Source of the DNA: Torpedo marmorata | Lineage: Eukaryota | Direction: 5' to 3' | Length of the DNA: 64,000 bases | Assembly: GCA_977017645.1 (NCBI GenBank) | Contig: OZ360223.1 | Coordinates: 74,214,001 to 74,278,000, forward strand | In this document: positions 25,995-39,201 of the stretch, piece by piece | How positions within the stretch are numbered: position 1 is the first letter of the stretch | Layout of the letters: every line of letters starts with the position of its first letter | Notes under the pieces: model-generated | What the model saw: the letters and a program-made list of their open reading frames with translations, nothing else | Told to the model about the DNA's origin: nothing | Databases searched by the model: none | Translations under genes and position numbers: made by a program

Positions 25995-28900
25995 TGATAC
26001 AAATTCAAACCAGCAACGACAGAAGACACAATGCAAAAGGGGTAATATTGAAATTTATATTTATTAAAGACAATTAAACATATAATTTCACAACAATTAA
26101 CCCCACTATAAACGTCTATAAACACTATTCTTATCTAAAAGGTGTGTGTGTGTGTAAAGCCCAGACCATTACAGTCTGTGCCCAACCCTCATGTAAAAAT
26201 GGAAAAACTTTCCCCAAAAACCCCAGGTCAGTCATAAAAACAAGTCAGTCCCAAAAATACAGTCCACAAAAATTCACTCTCTATGTTCAGGGTCCAAATT
26301 CAGCTCTGTGTGCTGGCAAGCAGCACTTCTTAATAAACGTTGGAGAGAGACAATGTCTGTTTATGCTTACGAATACTTGGCTTGCTTTTCTTCTCTGATG
26401 ACTTTCCCTTTTGGTGTTTTCACAAGGATTGCGAATTCAGATCCGTTTTGGATTAAGGCGTGTACTTGGATCTCACAGTCTGTTCTTCACAAAAGCTGCT
26501 CTCAACTCAGGATTTTGCTGAATCATCAAGAGGCCTTGTATTTCTCCCAGCCGTTTCCCCTGGGATACACAAGCCTGGATTTTTCTGATTCAAGAGACTC
26601 TGTGCTATTCTCCCAACTTCTTCTCTGGGATGCACAAGCCTGGATCCTGCTGAGTTCTTCCGCCTTTGCAACTCCAAAACTGCCACTGATTCAGTTTTCC
26701 ACGACTGAACTTCAGGCCTTTCTGTAGAGAGAGTTTTCTCCAGCTCCCTTTTTCAAAAGTTCCACACCCAAGTATATCTTTCCACAGTTTGTGTCCCCCT
26801 GGTGTCACTCTCCGGTAAATACAAGAAGTCCTGGGCAAGTTAACTCTTTCAGTACCAGGTACCAGTGTGTACTCCAAAAGACTTCATCCTTCCTGCTTAC
26901 CGTCCGCAGTCCAAATTTTAAGTCATGGTCCATAACACCTCCCACCCACAAAGAAAATTTTGGTCTGCAAAAACAAAATTTTGGAAATTGAGGTGTTACA
27001 ATATAAACAAAACCCACAATGTTCATCCACAAACACAAAATATGAACTATTTTCATTTATAAAGTTTAGCATCTAGAAAGACAATCAGCAATTACATTAT
27101 CTTTCACTTTCATATGTGTTATTACCAAATCATATTCTTGCAAAATTGGACTCCAATTCAACAACCGTCGATTCTTATTTTTCATTTTACAAAGAAAAAC
27201 CAATGGATTATGGTCAATATACACTATGAGTGTTTTTTGAGCTGTACAGATATAAACATCAAAGTGTTGTAGAGCCAACAACTCTTTTTCTATGGTTGAA
27301 TAATTCCTTTGATGATCATTGAACTTCTTCGAGAAGTAGGATACCGGATGGTCAATGTCCTCTTCGTTCTTCTTCTGTAACAGCACCGCACCCACAGCTT
27401 CATCGCTGGCATCCACGACTAAAGAAAACGGCTGTTCTAAATTAGGTGACTTAAGCACAGTTTGGTGGCATAACATAGCTTTCAATTTGACAAATGCTTC
27501 CTGACAACCTGTCGACCATACAAATTTTTCTCTCTTTCCAAGAAAATTTGTGAGAGGGAGCGCAATATCAGCAGTTTTTACAGAACTTGCGGTAGTAGCC
27601 AATCATTCCCAGGAACCTCCTCAGAGTTTTCTTACCAGTTGGAACAGGGAACTCGGAAATAGTCACAACCTTTGCCTCTACTGGTGCCAAATTCCCCTGG
27701 CCTACTACATAACCCAGAGAATTAACAGTCCCACGACCCTCTCTGAAACTGGTTTTATCTGTCTCCTCCTTACCCGTCAATAACCAGTACCTCTGGTAAA
27801 TGTTCAGTCTCTTTGTGCGGCACCTGTTCAAAATATGGCTTAATCATATTCACATGACAGACCTGTGTGTCTCGTCTGCGATTAGGTGTTTCTATGACAT
27901 AGGTGACATCATTAATTTTTGACTTAACTCTATAGGGTCCTGAAAATCTAGCCCTAAGAGGATTTGAATGGATGGGAAACATAACTAATACATTCTCACC
28001 AGGTTTAAAACTTCTCATCTTAGCCTTTCGATCATACCAAACCTTCATTCTCTGTTGAGTGGCCTTTAAATTCACCTTTGCCATCTCACAAGCCCGATGC
28101 AACCGATCCTTAAATTTGGAAACATAATCTAACAGATTTAAATGCACATCACTATTAATCCACTGTTCTTTTAATAATCTTAAAGGACCTCTCACCTCAT
28201 GTCCGAAAACTAACTCGAATGGACTAAAACCAAGTGATACTTGGACAGACTCCCTCGTTGCAAATAACAACAAATGAACCCCCTCATCCCAATCCTTTTC
28301 CTTCTCACAACAATAGATTCTAATCATGGTTTTCAAAGTCGAATGGAACCTCTCCAAGGCCCCTTGACTTTCTGGATGGTACGTAGAGGATACAATCTGT
28401 TTAACTTCCAGTCCATCAACCACTTGTTGGAAAACGCCTGACATGAAATTACTGCCCTGATCTGATTGAATTTCCCTTGGCAAACCTACCAAGGTGAAAA
28501 ACTTTATCATAGCCTTTACAATCGATTTTGCTTTAATGTTTCTCAGAGGAATGGCCTCTGGAAATCTGGTGGCTGCACACATAATTGTTAACAAATACTC
28601 ATTCCCCGCTTTGGTTTTGGGCAATGGGCCAACACAGTCCACAATCACTCTCGAGAAAGGCTCACTGAAAGCAGGGATAGGTTGCAAGGGTGCCACCGGG
28701 GGACCCTGATTAGGTTTACCCACCACCTGACAAGTGTGACAGGCCCGGCAAAAGCTTACAACCTCCCTTCTCAAACTGGGCCAATAAAATTGTTTTCTTA
28801 CCTTCCTTATAGTTTTCTTCACCCCAAGGTGACCACCTAAGTGTGTGCTATGAGCCAAAGTTATTATTGCATCCCTATATACTTTAGGGATCACAACCTG

Positions 28901-31900
28901 CTGCACGACTGCCCATTATTCATTGGCAGGAACATCACAATGTCTCCACTTTCTCATCAACACCCCATCTTTTTCATAATAACCCACTGGCACCTCTTTA
29001 ATCTCCTCTTCAGGGAGAATCTTATCCCTCACCTCAGCAAGATCAGGATTGTCCTTTTGCCTTGCTGTTAGCTCCTGTCGGGATAGTGACAAATCTGTGC
29101 CTTTTGGTGTCTTATCAGTGGATGGGTGTAACACAGAAGATTGCTCAACCTTTTCCAGGTGTTCTTGATTATCACTGACTTTTTCTTTCACCAAGTTATT
29201 TTCCACTGCCTTCTCTACAGTGACATTTTTCTTAGACATGGCCCTGGTTATGGCACATGCCGGATAAATATCAGAGTCTTTCTCTGACTTATCAATGACT
29301 GGCTTCGTGGTCATTCTCACTGCAGGAACTACTTTACCCTTGGCCAAGTCATTGCCTAGCAACAGTGAGACTCCTTCTACTGGCAACTCTGATCTCACTC
29401 CTATTATAACAGGTCCTTCCACCAAGTCTGAGTCCAACACTATTTTGTGCAAAGGAATGGACTCAACATCACCACCAATTCCTTTAATTAAATTCATGTC
29501 ACCGGTGTCAGTAGCTTCACAAAATTCCAAGACACTATCTAACACAAGTGACTGAGCAGCTCCAGTATCTCGCAAGATTTTCACTGGAACTTGTTTTGAT
29601 CCTGCCTTAACTGAAACAAAACCATCAGTCACAAAAGGTTTAAATATATCCCTAACTTTGTCAGTAAATTTATTTCCTTCCTGGGTGTTATGCCTCTTCT
29701 CACTCTGAATACAAGCATTAGGTGTTGCATCCTTTTCTCTCTTCTTTTTCAACACTGGACAGATTGCTAGCATATGACCAGCCTTCTTGCAGTCGTGGCA
29801 AATGGGACCCGAGTGGTTTTCCCTTATCCACTTTCTTTCATCCCTTTCCTTAACACCACTTCCAAATTTACTTTCCACTTGCTTGGGATTATCCACATTG
29901 ACCTTTTGGAATATTCTGCCTGACGTCCACTTAGGCTTGTGGGTTAAAGCATATTCATCTGCTAACTTAGCTGAATTTTGCCAAGTTTTCACCTCCTTTT
30001 CATCTAAGTATGCCTTAATATCCTCAGGAACACACCTTTTTATCTCCTCGATTATTATCAATTCTCTCAATTGATTGTAATCATTGTTTACTGCCTTAGA
30101 TGTGCACCACCGGTCAAAACACACAACCTTTTAATAGGCAATCTCTGTGTAAAATTGGGTTGCTGATCTTTTTAAATTTCTAAACTTTTGTCTATAAGCC
30201 TCTGGAACTAACTCATAAGCCTGGAGTATAGCCTTTTTCACCGTTTCATAATCAGCAGCTTGCTCCGTGGTAAGAGTAGAATAAGCTTGCTGAGCTTTTC
30301 CTTTTATTACACTTTGTAACATAAGAGACCATTGGTTTAGTGGCCATTTTAATTTCACAGCCACCTTCTCAAAATGCTGGAAGTACTTATCTATTTCTGC
30401 CTCCTCAAATGGAGGGACCAACCTAACTTCTTTACCAGCCAAAAACCCCTCAACAGGATGACAAATTTTATCTTTGTGCTCTTGTTTCCTCTCATTTTCC
30501 AACTTTATCTTTTCCAGCTCATTTATCCTATTTTTCTCCTTGTTCTCTAATTCTATTCTCTTTTGTTCCCTGGCTACCTCCAATTCTAATTTCCTTTGTT
30601 CCAATTCCATGTTCTTTCTTCGAATTCCCTGTCTAATTTCTTTTGTTCCAATTCCCTGTTCTTTTGTTCCAATTCCAATTTCTTTATTTCCAACTGTATG
30701 TTTTCAGAAGTTTTACCCTTGGGAAACTGCTCTAACACGCTCTCCTCAAACTTTTTTTCTTTTATATAGTATTTGACTATTTTTCTCCCAATCTCTGCCT
30801 TTTTCATAGATGGTTTTACAGAAGCAATGCCCAACTCTGTTGCTATAGCCACTAACTGTTCCTTTTTCGCCTTTTTTAAAAGTATCAGGTTCAGGTGATT
30901 CCAAAATATTTTCTACATCCATTGTTGCTGGTTTTTCGTTACACACACACTAGCTTTTTAATGATCTTTACAAAAGGAATGTCTTAAACCAGACTGGATT
31001 CCTTCAATTACCAAGATGTATTTTGATTCAAATCCAAGGACAAGCCCCCAATTTTGTTACAAATTCAAACCAGCAACGACAGAAGACGCAATGCAAAAGG
31101 GGTAAAATCGAAATTGATATTTATTAAATACAATTAAACATATAATTTCACAACAATTAACCCCACTATAAATGTCTATAAACACTATTCTTATCTAAAA
31201 GGTGTGTGTGTGTCTGTGTGTAAAGCCCAGACCATTACAGTCTGTGCCCAACCCTCATGTAAAAATGGAAAAACTTTTCCCAAAAACCCCAGGTCAGTCA
31301 TAAAAACAAGCCAGTCCCAAAAATACAGTCCACAAAAATTCACTCTCTATGTTCAGGGTCCAAATTCAGCTCTATGTGCTGGCAAGCAGCACTTCTTAAT
31401 GAACGTTGGAGAGAGACAATGACTCTTTATGCTTACGAATACTTGGCTTGCTTTTCTTCTCTGATGACTTTCGCTTCTGGTTTTTTCACAAGGATTGCGA
31501 ATTCAGATCCGTTTTGGATTAAGGCGTGTACTTGGATCTCACAGTCTGTTCTTCACAAAAGCTGCTCTCAACTCAGGATTTTGCTGAATCATCAAGAGGC
31601 CTTGTATTTCTCCCAGCCGTTTCCCCTGGGATACACAAGCCTGGATTTTTCTGATTCAAGAGACTCTGTGCTATTCTCCCAACTTCTTCTCTGGGATGCA
31701 CAAGCCTGGATCCTGCTGAGTTCTTCCGCCTTTGCAACTCCAAAACTGTCACTGATTCAGTTTTCCACGACTGAACTTTAGGCCTTCATGTAGAGAGAGT
31801 TTTCTCTTGCTCCGTTTTTCAAAAAGTTCTACACCCAAGTATATCTTTCCACAGTTTGTCTCCCCCTGGTGTCTCTCTCTGGTAAATACAAGAAGTCCTG

Positions 31901-32004
31901 GGCAAGTTAACTCTTTCAGTACCAGGTCCCAGTGTGTACTCCAAAAGACTTCATCCTTCCTGCTTACCGTCCGCAGTCCAAATTGTCAGTCATGGTCCAT
32001 AACA
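25995..32004 (-). mobile_element. Gypsy (Gmr1-like; integrase before RT) provirus with RT core deleted
   Basis: LTRs 25995-26937 and 31055-32004, TSD CTTG, PBS-Pro-like at 31032-31050, PPT gggtgggagg; gag CCHC (CHDCKKAGHMLAIC), PR LRDTGA, IN HHCC + DDE (27770-28906), RT end and RNase H (27066-27740). Confidence 0.95.
31032..31050 (-). promoter_or_regulatory. Primer-binding site, tRNA-Pro-like
   Basis: tgggggcttgtccttggat versus canonical TGGGGGCTCGTCCGGGAT, 4 nt inside the 5' LTR. Confidence 0.8.
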
Positions 32005-32523
32005 CTTGTCAGAAAAACAGATAAAACCAAATGATTAACAGTATTGTTCTGGCAATGCAGTGGACTTCAGTCAGTAATTACATCATCCGTGGCTAAATGC
32101 ACAGCACCAAGTTTTACCACCATATTAACTCTGGTTTTCATAAAGAAAATAGGGATGCTATGGATACATGTATGCCGTAAGGTATACAAGCGAAGACCTT
32201 GCTTATAAAGGTGGATTAAAAATTATGCTTTGGTTGTGTAACACCTTAGTCAGAGCCCACTAAGAATTCTGCATTTGGAGCACTTCGAGGAATAAACTGG
32301 ATGTGGAACTGATTTAACAGAATTGCAACTGGGTTTACAATGAAAAATAATGACAGTACTTTGCATTTAGTTGTCTCGTTGCTTGAATTAAGAACATTGC
32401 TGGATAATCTACTTGGGGTTTAAATGTTAAAAGACATCCGACAAACTATGAAAACTATTCCTTCTGATGGAGGGTCAAGTTAACAACGGTAATCTCAGAA
32501 CGAGAACCAGAATTTAAATTATA

Positions 32524-32752
32524 ATTTAGACATACAGCACGGTAACAGGCCATTTTGGCCCATGAGTCCATGCCACCCAATTTACCCCAATTAACCTACA
32601 CCCCCAGTGCGCTTCGAACGGTGGGAAGAAACCGGAGCCCCCGGGGAAAACCCACGCAGACATGGGGAGAATGTACAAACTCCTTGCAGACAGCTCGAGA
32701 TTTGAACCCCTGTCCCGATCGCTGGCGCTGTAAAGGCATCGTGCTAACCGCC
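32524..32752 (-). mobile_element. V-SINE (HE1-like)
   Basis: Close match to 19401-19648; flanked by tttaaatt repeats. Confidence 0.88.
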
Positions 32753-34159
32753 TTTAAATTAAATTAAATTAATTTAAATTTAAAAATGCAAAATTAAAGC
32801 TAGAAACAAAATCATGCAGAATTTCTTACACATAATGGAAGCAGAAATGTGTAATTATCTCCATCCCAAGAGAGTACATAATAAACTTGAACTGGAAAAG
32901 TGGTGGAATGACTGCACCTCCTGAGACTTTGCTGAATCCACTGTGTGATAAACAAAGTAGGTTTGGGTATCAAGGAACATGGAGTATTTTTTAATCATGG
33001 AATGCTGTTCCAAAGTAGATCAATGGGATTAATTTGAGATTGCTCAGGCAGAGAAAAATCATCGGTACAATGGCTGGAAGATTTTCTTCTAGTTTGTAAA
33101 CTGGTACTTTTTTCTCATTCATTCACAACAGACTGGAATTGACTGTGCAGCAGTTGCCCTGATCACCTTGTAACACTGAGATGCAGAAACGATCTTGGAA
33201 GAATGTCTTACAGTTAAAGCAACACCATTTGTTTGTATCATTGTTCAACATTTGGAAGCAAAATCACACAACTGAAACATTGAGAAAATTGTGCTGATAA
33301 CTTCATCTAATTTTGAAAAAGGAATATTCAAAATGTTATTGCCCAATCTGCATGTCTACATTTTGATCCTAAAATTTATTAATAACATGTAATTTATTTT
33401 CAATGACTGCAAAAGTAAGGTTATCGAGGTTAATAATTTTCTTTGAGTTGATCATGGATCACATAGTTTATTCTGGTCATTTCTATTTTACCATTATAAA
33501 AATCTAAACCTGCATTTATTCAGTCGAATAATATCGACACTAAAGCAATGGAATACAATGAATTTAAACCAAAAAAAATTCAGCATTGTATTGAAAGCAC
33601 AATTGGTAAACAACTGTTTGCAACAATTTCCAACTTGTCAAGTGCAACCAACTCTTTCAATGCCACAATAGCTCACTACAAAAAAAAAATCATTCATTTA
33701 TTTGGTAAGAAATGAGATTTGGTTATTTATCACTGAAATGGGTCCACTGGAATAGTAAATCAGATGAAAAGTAGCCTTACATTGGAAAGAAGTTTTTGCA
33801 GGGGTAAATAGGTAGATTGTTACTGTGGATTGATTTTTATTTGAAATTATTATCTTCTTCTCTGCAGTTTCAGTTTTACATTCTTGATTCAGCATGGCAA
33901 GCATGTTTTGCCAATTCAAATATAATTAATATTTCAGAAGCAAAGTTCAAAGTCAATGTATTTCCTTTCGAAACTTAAAACCATGGCAAATATTATAATA
34001 ACCACATTTCCTTCGATGAACCAATGTCTGAAAACCTAAAACTGTGACCTATGATATGGAACAATTTGAGACAGTTGATGGAAATTTACAAGACTAGTAG
34101 TTGCTGAAGTAAATGCTTGGTGTAATGTATGTTTAACAAAATGGGTAAATGCAGTTAGG

Positions 34160-34520
34160 TAAACAAGAAAATCTGCACATGCTGGGGTCTAGTGCAATAC
34201 ACAAAAGTACTGGAGAAACTCAGCAGATCATACACCATCCATAGGAAACAAAAGGCAGTCGACATTTCGGGCCTGAGCCCTTCATCGGCAATTCAGGTAG
34301 ACGCCTGAATAAAAAAGATGGCTGGATGGGGGAGGCTAACAGGCAAGAAGTTATAGGTGGATACAGGTGGGAGGGTAGAAGGACTGAGAAGCATGGCTAT
34401 CTGATAGGAGAAGGGGGAGGGAAGGGGCTGGGGAGCTGGAGGAAAGGAGACTGAAGGATGAGAGAAAGAAAGGGACCAGTGGAGGGAGAGAAAGAAAATT
34501 GGAGGTTAATATTGATGTCA
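34160..34520 (-). mobile_element. Penelope-type pLTR and purine-rich UTR remnant
   Basis: Reverse complement ccgatgaagggctcaggcccgaaatgtcgactg...ctgctgagtttctccag. Confidence 0.75.
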
Positions 34521-36306
34521 GTACATCAATAGAAGTCAGGGGCACCAATACCCTTGAGCGTATTGTTTGGGTGTTTATGAAGTATACCATGGAATGCAAT
34601 CTTGATATTATACTCATTTTAAATAAATAATTATTAAATGTTTGAAATGCAAGATTGATTGGCTAGATTTGTCTTGACCTATACCTGAGTGGGAGAACAG
34701 TTGGAAAGCGAAGCTGAGCCAAATATCAACTCAGCCATAGTTTGATTGTAGAATTCAGGATTTAATCAAAAATACACATTTTTAAAAAAATATGCGCAGT
34801 TCAAGCAATATCTCTGTGTTCTCAAATACATTTCGAATTGTGGTGGGACCCAAATTATCAGGATAGCAGGTGCACAAACTAACGTTAACTTAGATGTTAA
34901 AATGAGTCAGGACAAGTCAAAGAGCATGGAAAATCTGACAGACTTAACTGCATTTCTTTTAATGCAAGTCTGACAAGCAGAGGATGAACTCAAGGCATGA
35001 TTTGGTGGATGGAACTGGAATATTATAGTCAGAACAGAAAAGTGGCTGGGGATGGGGGCAGGACAACAGCTCAAGGTACCAGCGTACAGATGCTACAGGC
35101 AAGATAGTGGAGGAAGGAAGAAAGGTGGGAGTGCTGCAATTTTGATTCAGGGAGACATCACAGCAATACTGAGAGAGAATATTCTTGGGGATAATCCAGT
35201 GAAGCTATATGGGTGGAAAATAGTGTAGTGACTTCAATCCAACAAATATTCACTTGGAGGCTAGGTGAGATATCTGTTCTTGACGCGTTTCAATTGATTT
35301 ACTAACAAGTCCAATAGGTTCAAAAAATTTATTAACACACGATGACTTGTAGCAATCTTCAATAACTTAAATATCTTCTTTAACAAGATGTAAACAATCC
35401 TTGATAACGATGCTTAATAATGATTCTTAATAACGTCCTTTAAAACAATTCTTTATAACGTCTTTAATAACGGTCAATGAAAACTATGACAATCTCACTC
35501 ACCCTCTTCTAAGTCGCCATATTCTTATAATACTTCTTTCCTGAATAACGTGCATGCTCCACAGCGCATACTCCACCACGCATACTCCACCGCGCATACT
35601 CCAGCCACCTAACCCACTGCGCATGCGCCCGTCGTTACTCCCGCGCATGCGCAGAGTACTCAATAGGCCTAACACGGCCTACTAAACTCCACGACTCCTC
35701 CGACACCCACGGTATACATCGGAACATCACGATTAAGGTAAGACATGAGCCTTTGGCTCTTACACCGGCCCCTAATTATTATAATGAGACGCAATGTCTT
35801 AAATAATAATTACACAATCAATTACAAATAATAATAACCATATAACATTCAAGCAATATACAAATCTTCTTTCTTCTTTCTTCATAAGACCAGAGTTTAC
35901 CATCACTCTGAATCAACAAAAGTCTGTAACCTGTGTAGTGTACAAAAACAACAAAATACAGTCAGTTCGTACTTATCAAACTTCTTTTATCTTTAGAATC
36001 TTTGAGTTAGAACGTCGACCAGTAAACCTCAAATCTTCCTCAGACAAAATAGATAGTTTTTCTTTTGAATTTAACACGAGGTACTTCTTCAGCATGTCGT
36101 TTCTCATATGAAGAATTTAAACTCTTAGAACCAGAATTTGAATATTTATCTGATCCTCTCGATTTTAATAAACGAGTCTCTTTAACCTTTCCTGCATTCA
36201 AATCTTTCAATAAGAAAGTACTTCTCTCATTATCTTCCGATAAATTAATAACTTGACCTGAAGTGAAAATATCATGTGATACATTGGTACTTCTATTGTC
36301 AACCCT

Positions 36307-36577
36307 GCTGCGGTAAACTTGAAATTTTCAAATTTCTTCATCTTGCTTGTTACATTGCTGCAATGCAATATCACTTTCTTTCTGCATTGTTAGTAGCTAG
36401 GTCTTCAATTTACATTCTTGATTGTTTTCTATAGTCAGCTGTTTTGTGTTATTAACCAATAACTTGTTCTCTTTCAAAATATGAATCTCTTCCTCCAACC
36501 TTTAACATCTTGATAATGCTGAATCTCTTTCTTCAATAACTATTTATTTCTTCAATAACTTTGTCTGCTGTAACCTC
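36307..36577 (-). pseudogene. MIPOL1: MIPOL1-like coiled-coil fragment captured inside the BEL element
   Basis: VIEERDSALSRC*RLEEEIHILKENKLLVNNTKQLTIENNQECKLKT*LLTMQKESDIALQQCNKQDEEI*KFQVYRS; about half identical to recalled vertebrate MIPOL1. Confidence 0.75.
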
Positions 36578-36844
36578 TGAGCTACAAAATCTACTTTCAC
36601 ATTTGTTCTCAGTCATTTGCTTTATTCCTGCCTCAGATTCAATTACACAGGAATGATCACCAGTATTATTTGCAACATCTTCTAATACTTCATTTTCATC
36701 CATTTCTGATGAAAATAATTCCTTCAATGTTGTGTTAAATACCTTTGATTTATTTTCATATTGATCTATTTTGTTTTCTTCAAAAGTGAATTTCTTATTT
36801 ACAATCTTTTGCTGTTCCCTTAACTCATCAAATTTCACAACCAA

Positions 36845-39201
36845 AATTCTGTTAACATTTATCGCTAACTGCTCCTATGCAATATCATTATTTCTTTCCA
36901 ATGGTCCATTAATTGTCCAACCAAGCTTGGTTCTACTCCATATTACTTCTAGTGGTTCCAAAACCTTTGGTACATCTGAACCAATCAGCATTTCTATCTC
37001 AGAATTAACATCAGGTAAATAAACCTTCCACAGATAAAACAAATGAGAGATATCATTTTGATGCAAATGTTTCCTCCATGCACAAGCATAGTCTTCTGAG
37101 TATATAAACTTGGAAGATCACAACATTTTTCGTCATGCAATCCAGAAACCTCTAATCCTGAAACAATGCTGGTTTCAACGAGCTTTTCTTGTCCCATGGT
37201 TTTCAACATAATTCTTGACCTTCTTCCTTGAATATTAAGTTTGTTCATTAGTCCCACCATGCAAAAAGATGCAGTGCTGCCTGGGTTGAGAAATGCGTAT
37301 GTATGTACTGTTGCATTCCTGTTCTTGATCTTGTACAGGCACTATTGAAAGTTTGCAGTTATCCACACCAGCCCCAGTAAGACCACTTGTCTGAACCGAG
37401 GTTATAACATTGTTTTCTGATGTTTCCTTTGTTTCTATTTGCTCCTTTTCCAATTCCTTGTTTCTTTGATGGATATGCAAAATTATAGGATGCTTCAAAT
37501 TGCATATGTTACAGTTAATTCACTTCTCGCAGTTTTTACTGATGTGCCCTTTGCACAAACAGCTAAAACATATTCCATTTTCCTTTAAGAAAGCGATCTT
37601 CTCATTATGTTCCTTCTTTTCCAACTGTAAACACATTTCCAAAGCATGTCCACCTTTACAGAACAAACAACTCTTCTCATTAGTCAAACTTTCCTTTTCC
37701 TTATTTACTTTACCTTTTTCTTTATTTACACCTGACACATTAGTAGCAAAAGTACTCCTTTTCAATTTTGGACTAGGCTGTGAGTTAGACCTCCATACAT
37801 CTTTGTTCCCCATTGAATTGTCTCTGGTATTTCCATATATGGGATCTGTTTCAATGTACACCTGTCGTTGAAGAAAATCTACCAAATTCTTTAAGGTAGC
37901 TCGTTGATCGTAATTTTCTTGTAAATCACAAGCCAAATTTCTCCATCTATCCCACATCTTGTAAGGTAATTTATCTAAGATAATTCGCATATTAGCAAGC
38001 ACGTCAAGCTCACGAATATTATCAATATCTTCCATGGCATTACAACATCCTCTTAAAAAGAGAGTGTATGCTTGTAGAGCCTTTACATCATTCGATTTTA
38101 TTGATGTCTATTTAAGAGCTTTATCCATATTAGCTAAAGCAATTTGATGCTTGTTGCCAAAATGCTGTTCTAGTAAAAACTTAGCTCTTTCTAATCCTCT
38201 TTCCGTGGACATGTGTTTTGACAACTCTTTACAAGTTCTCTTGGATGTCCTTCTGTGAACATTTCCAAATAATAAAGAAATTCATCAGGGTCTTGCCATT
38301 TATTTTCAATATTGCTTCTAAAAGATCTCATGAACGCTTGGTACTGAAGTGGATTACCATCAAAAGTTTGAATCTCTTTCTTGGGCAAAGAAGAGAGAGA
38401 CTGTAACTGAATCAATGATGCAGCGATTTCATTTTGTCTTCCTATAGATGATAATACATTGCTCTGTTCACCGCCTCTTGTTACAAGTAATGATCTGGAA
38501 ACCTCACTGGTGTAGTTTCTCCCGTATTTCTGATGCTTGACTTGAATGCCAAAGAATCTGCATCGTTTGACTGAACCCACGTCGCCGCCTTGTCTTCGGA
38601 TGTTAGCACTGGTACGTGACTTGATAACACTATGCTCTTGAAGGCTTTGTCCTTGTATTTGCATGTCTTGTACCCGTGGTACTAAAATATCTACCTTTTT
38701 GGTTGATTTATTTTCCTGTGGCTCTTTTTTAAAATATAACTTCTTATCATCGCACACTTTAGATAATTTACTCCGAGCACCAGACACCATTGAGCCTTCT
38801 AATACCTTTATTTTGGCTCTGGCAATAGCAATGTTTGCTTCCAGCTCCTGCTGCTCCTTTCTCTGCCTTAGCTGCTTCTGTTCTTGCCTTAGCTGCTGCC
38901 TCAGCTGCTCCTCTTTTTGCCTTAGCTGCTGCCTCAGCTGCTCCTCCTTTTGCCTTAGCTGCTCCTCTTGTCCTTCTAAAATATGTTTATCCTTAAGCAA
39001 ATTTTGTTGCGCAAGAAGAGTGGCCAAGTCAACTTCAACCTTTATACGTGACGATGCAGAACTTGAAGTGTAAGAAACTCTGGAGCTCGAACCAGAAGAA
39101 CTTTGTTTGCTTCTCCTGCTTTCAACATTTGAGACACTGTCATATGCTTGTATTTCGTCCTGCAGGTCAGATGTTGTCTTCTTACTTACCTCTTTCTCCA
39201 A
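36845..39201 (-). pseudogene. BEL/Pao gag-protease, frameshifted
   Basis: ORF-track pieces 38191-39201, 37520-38035, 37235-37498, 36994-37260 and 36875-37066 carry BEL gag and aspartic protease motifs. Confidence 0.88.
38864..38970 (-). repeat. Coding tandem repeat (~33-bp unit) in gag
   Basis: Encodes QEEQLRQKEEQLRQQLRQKEEQLRQQLRQEQKQLRQ. Confidence 0.85.

Noticed and set aside
26144-26727. Plus-strand ORFs duplicated at 31204-31781
   Set aside because: Antisense frames inside the two Gypsy LTRs with no recognisable protein
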